Of a stretch of DNA of 14,182 nt, positions 11,726-14,182 are shown one piece after another. A model generated the notes under the pieces. It searched no databases and had not been told where the DNA came from. It saw only the letters and a list, made by a program, of their open reading frames with translations. The stretch is from assembly GCA_017483905.1 (NCBI GenBank), contig JAFUUG010000357.1, positions 1 to 14,182 of the forward strand, read 5' to 3'. The position numbers and the translations under genes were made by a program. Position 1 is the stretch's first letter. Each line of letters starts with the position of its first letter. This DNA is from Bacillota bacterium (lineage in GTDB: Bacteria; Bacillota; Clostridia; Lachnospirales; CAG-274).

Positions 11726-14044
11726 ATGCAAAAGAAAAAATACAAAAGAAAAATTAAAAGGTCGGTTTTTATTATAAGCTTTGTAAGTTTTTTTCTTGCA
11801 AGGGCAGTTCTCTTTGATTCGATAGATCCCGTATGTATTGCCTTTCTCGGCTGCTTCTGCGGTATGGGTGCAAGTATATGGTCTTCTTTTATAATGACGG
11901 TGATCGGGCTTATAACAAATTCCGGAGGGATATATTTATCAAAGTATCTGATAAGTGCGATATTTGTATTGATATTCAATACTGTGCTGCAAAAGAGGAT
12001 AAAATATTCTCCTGCCGCAAAAGCATTCACATCGTCTGCCTCGATACTTTCGGGGGGTCTTATTATGGCGATGCTGAACGACTTTTCTTTATATTATACC
12101 GTAATTGCGGTACTGGAATCAATACTTACTTTTGGGATAACGATAATTTTTGATACGGGGATAAGATTTCTTACGGACAGGAAAAAGAGGATAGTTGCAA
12201 GTCAGGAGGAGATGATAAGTCTTTCACTTATTGCGGCAAGCATTATAATAGGTGCTGCGGATATACATATAGGCGATATACCGATAGTTTATGCGCTTTG
12301 CATTACGCTTACAATGTTCGTTTCGTACTGTACTCATGCGGCGGTGGGGGCATCGGCGGCGATATTTACGGGACTTTTGCTGATAATGTCAAGAAATGCG
12401 GCTTCGGAAAGTGCGGTTATACTTGCGGGAGCATCGGCTGCGGCAGGGGCATATAATAAGAAAAACAAGATCGTTTTTATACTTATATATGTCAGTGTCG
12501 GGGCTTTTATGCTGTATTTCCTGAAAAAGTCCATGTTCGATGTGTCTATGCTTATATCTGTGGTGCTTGGGGTCGCATTATTTCTTGTCATACCTGCACA
12601 GGCATCTTATATTTTCAGAAATTCTTCGGAAAATGATACATCGGATACGGAGGCATATATAGAGAGATTGAAAGATGTGACAAAACACAGGCTGAACAGT
12701 TTCTCTTCATCTTTTGAAAAGCTTGCAAAGACTTTTTCGGTGCTTTCGGAAAAAAGATCGTCACTTGATAAAAATGATATATCAAGGCTTATAGACGATA
12801 TATCGGACAGGACTTGTAAAAAGTGTAGTATGCGGTATTTTTGCTGGGAAAAGAATTTTTACAAGACGTATCAGACTATATTTATGCTGCTTAATTCTCT
12901 TGAAAGTTACGGATATCTTACGAAAGAACTGCTGCCGGTGGAATTTATGAAAGATTGTGCCGATCCGTTGGGGTTTATAGAGAATACGAACAAATTATAT
13001 GAGGTATACAAGACAAATCTTGCATGGGAAAATAAAATGATAGAAAGCCGTGAACTTGTGGCACAGCAGCTTACAGGGGTTTCAAGGATAATAGATTCTC
13101 TCTCCCGTGAGATAGATTTTGACCTTAAATTCAAGGAAAATATATCTGCGGCGGTAAAGAGGGAACTTGAAGATATAGGAGAGGAAAACGTGAGCGTGAC
13201 GGCAAGCGAAAACAGGGAAGAAAAGACGGAACTTCTGATAAAGCATCGCTGCTGCGGCTGCGAAAGAGCCTGTACATCAAGGATAATCCCCGCCGTTAAT
13301 AAGGTGCTTGGAAAAACTATGGCAAGGACAAGCTGTGACTGCGTTATATCGAAAAACAATATATGCACGCTGAGATTATGTGAGGCTAAAAAATTTCATA
13401 TAACAACTTCGGTCGCAAGGTCAAGCAAGAATGTCGGAAAAGTATCGGGGGATTCGTATTCTTTTATGCCGATAGGCGACGGAAAATATATGCTGCTTTT
13501 AAGCGACGGAATGGGTTCGGGAATGAAAGCTCATGAGGAAAGTGCGGCTACGATAGAATTATTTGAAGACTTTATGAGTGCGGGATTTGACAGGAAAACG
13601 GCGATAGATATAATAAATTCGGTGCTTGTGATGCGTTCGGCGGGGGATAATTTCTCTACGATGGATATATGCACGATAGATCTTTATACGGGGGCTGCGG
13701 AATTCGTAAAGATAGGGGCAGCGGCGGCATTTATCCTGAGAGATGGGAATGTTGATGTGATAGGATCTTCTTCGCTTCCGATAGGTATACTTAATAATGT
13801 GGAGGCAGAAACGAGAAAAAGACGATTGAAAGACGGCGATATAATAGTGATGGTGACAGATGGGATAACGGACGCTTTTTCGGGAAAGGAAAATAAGAGC
13901 GATGAGATAAAAAGTATACTGAGAAAATATCACGGAACGAATCCCGGCGAACTTGCCGATCACATAATAGAAAGAGCGAAAGAGGCAGGAGGGATAAGCG
14001 ATGATATGACAGTACTTACTGCAAGAATATGGAAAAGTGTATAG
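11726..14044 (+). CDS. spoIIE: stage II sporulation protein E (membrane-bound PP2C serine phosphatase)
   Basis: GGAGG lies 7 nt upstream. The N-terminal 300 aa or so carry about 10 hydrophobic helices, followed by a central regulatory region. The C-terminal PP2C/SpoIIE domain shows GDSYSF, LLLSDGMGSG, FSTMDIC, IVMVTDGI and DDMTVL. The 772-aa size and architecture are diagnostic. Confidence 0.9.
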   Translation: MQKKKYKRKIKRSVFIISFVSFFLARAVLFDSIDPVCIAFLGCFCGMGASIWSSFIMTVIGLITNSGGIYLSKYLISAIFVLIFNTVLQKRIKYSPAAKAFTSSASILSGGLIMAMLNDFSLYYTVIAVLESILTFGITIIFDTGIRFLTDRKKRIVASQEEMISLSLIAASIIIGAADIHIGDIPIVYALCITLTMFVSYCTHAAVGASAAIFTGLLLIMSRNAASESAVILAGASAAAGAYNKKNKIVFILIYVSVGAFMLYFLKKSMFDVSMLISVVLGVALFLVIPAQASYIFRNSSENDTSDTEAYIERLKDVTKHRLNSFSSSFEKLAKTFSVLSEKRSSLDKNDISRLIDDISDRTCKKCSMRYFCWEKNFYKTYQTIFMLLNSLESYGYLTKELLPVEFMKDCADPLGFIENTNKLYEVYKTNLAWENKMIESRELVAQQLTGVSRIIDSLSREIDFDLKFKENISAAVKRELEDIGEENVSVTASENREEKTELLIKHRCCGCERACTSRIIPAVNKVLGKTMARTSCDCVISKNNICTLRLCEAKKFHITTSVARSSKNVGKVSGDSYSFMPIGDGKYMLLLSDGMGSGMKAHEESAATIELFEDFMSAGFDRKTAIDIINSVLVMRSAGDNFSTMDICTIDLYTGAAEFVKIGAAAAFILRDGNVDVIGSSSLPIGILNNVEAETRKRRLKDGDIIVMVTDGITDAFSGKENKSDEIKSILRKYHGTNPGELADHIIERAKEAGGISDDMTVLTARIWKSV

Positions 14045-14101
14045 AGAGATAAATAAAGGTCAATAATAAAGCTGTTTGAAAATAATTTTTCGGAGGGCTT
14101 T

Positions 14102-14182
14102 ATGGATAATAACAAAAAGGTGATAATGGTTGAGGGAAACGGGTCAAAATGGTTTGAAAAAGCTATATTTATAGTGGGAGAT
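14102..14182 (+). CDS. hypothetical protein, 5' fragment (continues past window end)
   Basis: GGAGG (14092-14096) lies 5 nt upstream of ATG 14102. The frame stays open to the window edge (MDNNKKVIMVEGNGSKWFEKAIFIVGD). This is too short to assign a family. Confidence 0.45.
   Translation, partial: MDNNKKVIMVEGNGSKWFEKAIFIVGD

Noticed and set aside
11683-12153. 115-aa minus-strand ORF and 106-aa plus-strand alternative-frame ORF at the spoIIE 5' end; also 12334-12591, 12907-13368 and 13559-13963 on the minus strand
   Set aside because: All overlap the unambiguous spoIIE frame and have no independent signals.
1-14182. Scan for CRISPR repeats, tRNA/rRNA genes, riboswitch-like leaders (for example a purine riboswitch before guaD), transposase or integrase genes
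   Set aside because: I saw no regularly spaced repeats, no cloverleaf-compatible segments and no conserved riboswitch cores by eye. guaD is internal to an operon. Only a recombinase fragment is present. Covariance-model searches (Rfam/Infernal, tRNAscan-SE) would be needed to exclude RNA genes formally.

Overview
This is a low-GC chromosomal segment from a sporulating Firmicute, probably Clostridia. Housekeeping genes sit at both ends. On the left (+ strand) are the S1 ribosomal protein 3' part, an SseB-like protein, the MtaD deaminase, a membrane/TPR-like protein and a response regulator with an HD-GYP domain. On the right are guanine deaminase and an RluA-family pseudouridine synthase (- strand), spoIIE (+ strand) and a partial ORF. 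Between them, about 5204-9660, lies a visibly more AT-rich accessory stretch. It holds a VTC-domain and DUF4956 gene pair, and that pair is bracketed by two unannotated convergent modules of a small hydrophobic peptide plus a small RNA. Both modules look like type I toxin-antitoxin loci. Module 1 has the par/Fst architecture: convergent promoters, a shared bidirectional terminator, and a DNA direct repeat that makes the sRNA complementary to the toxin start region. The accessory stretch also holds a minus-strand cassette driven by a perfect consensus promoter. It encodes a serine-recombinase-derived HTH protein without a catalytic domain, a 278-aa secreted protein, and an unannotated 45-aa acidic peptide. 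I found no rRNA, tRNA, CRISPR array or intact transposase. All family assignments come from motif recognition by eye, and none was checked by database search.
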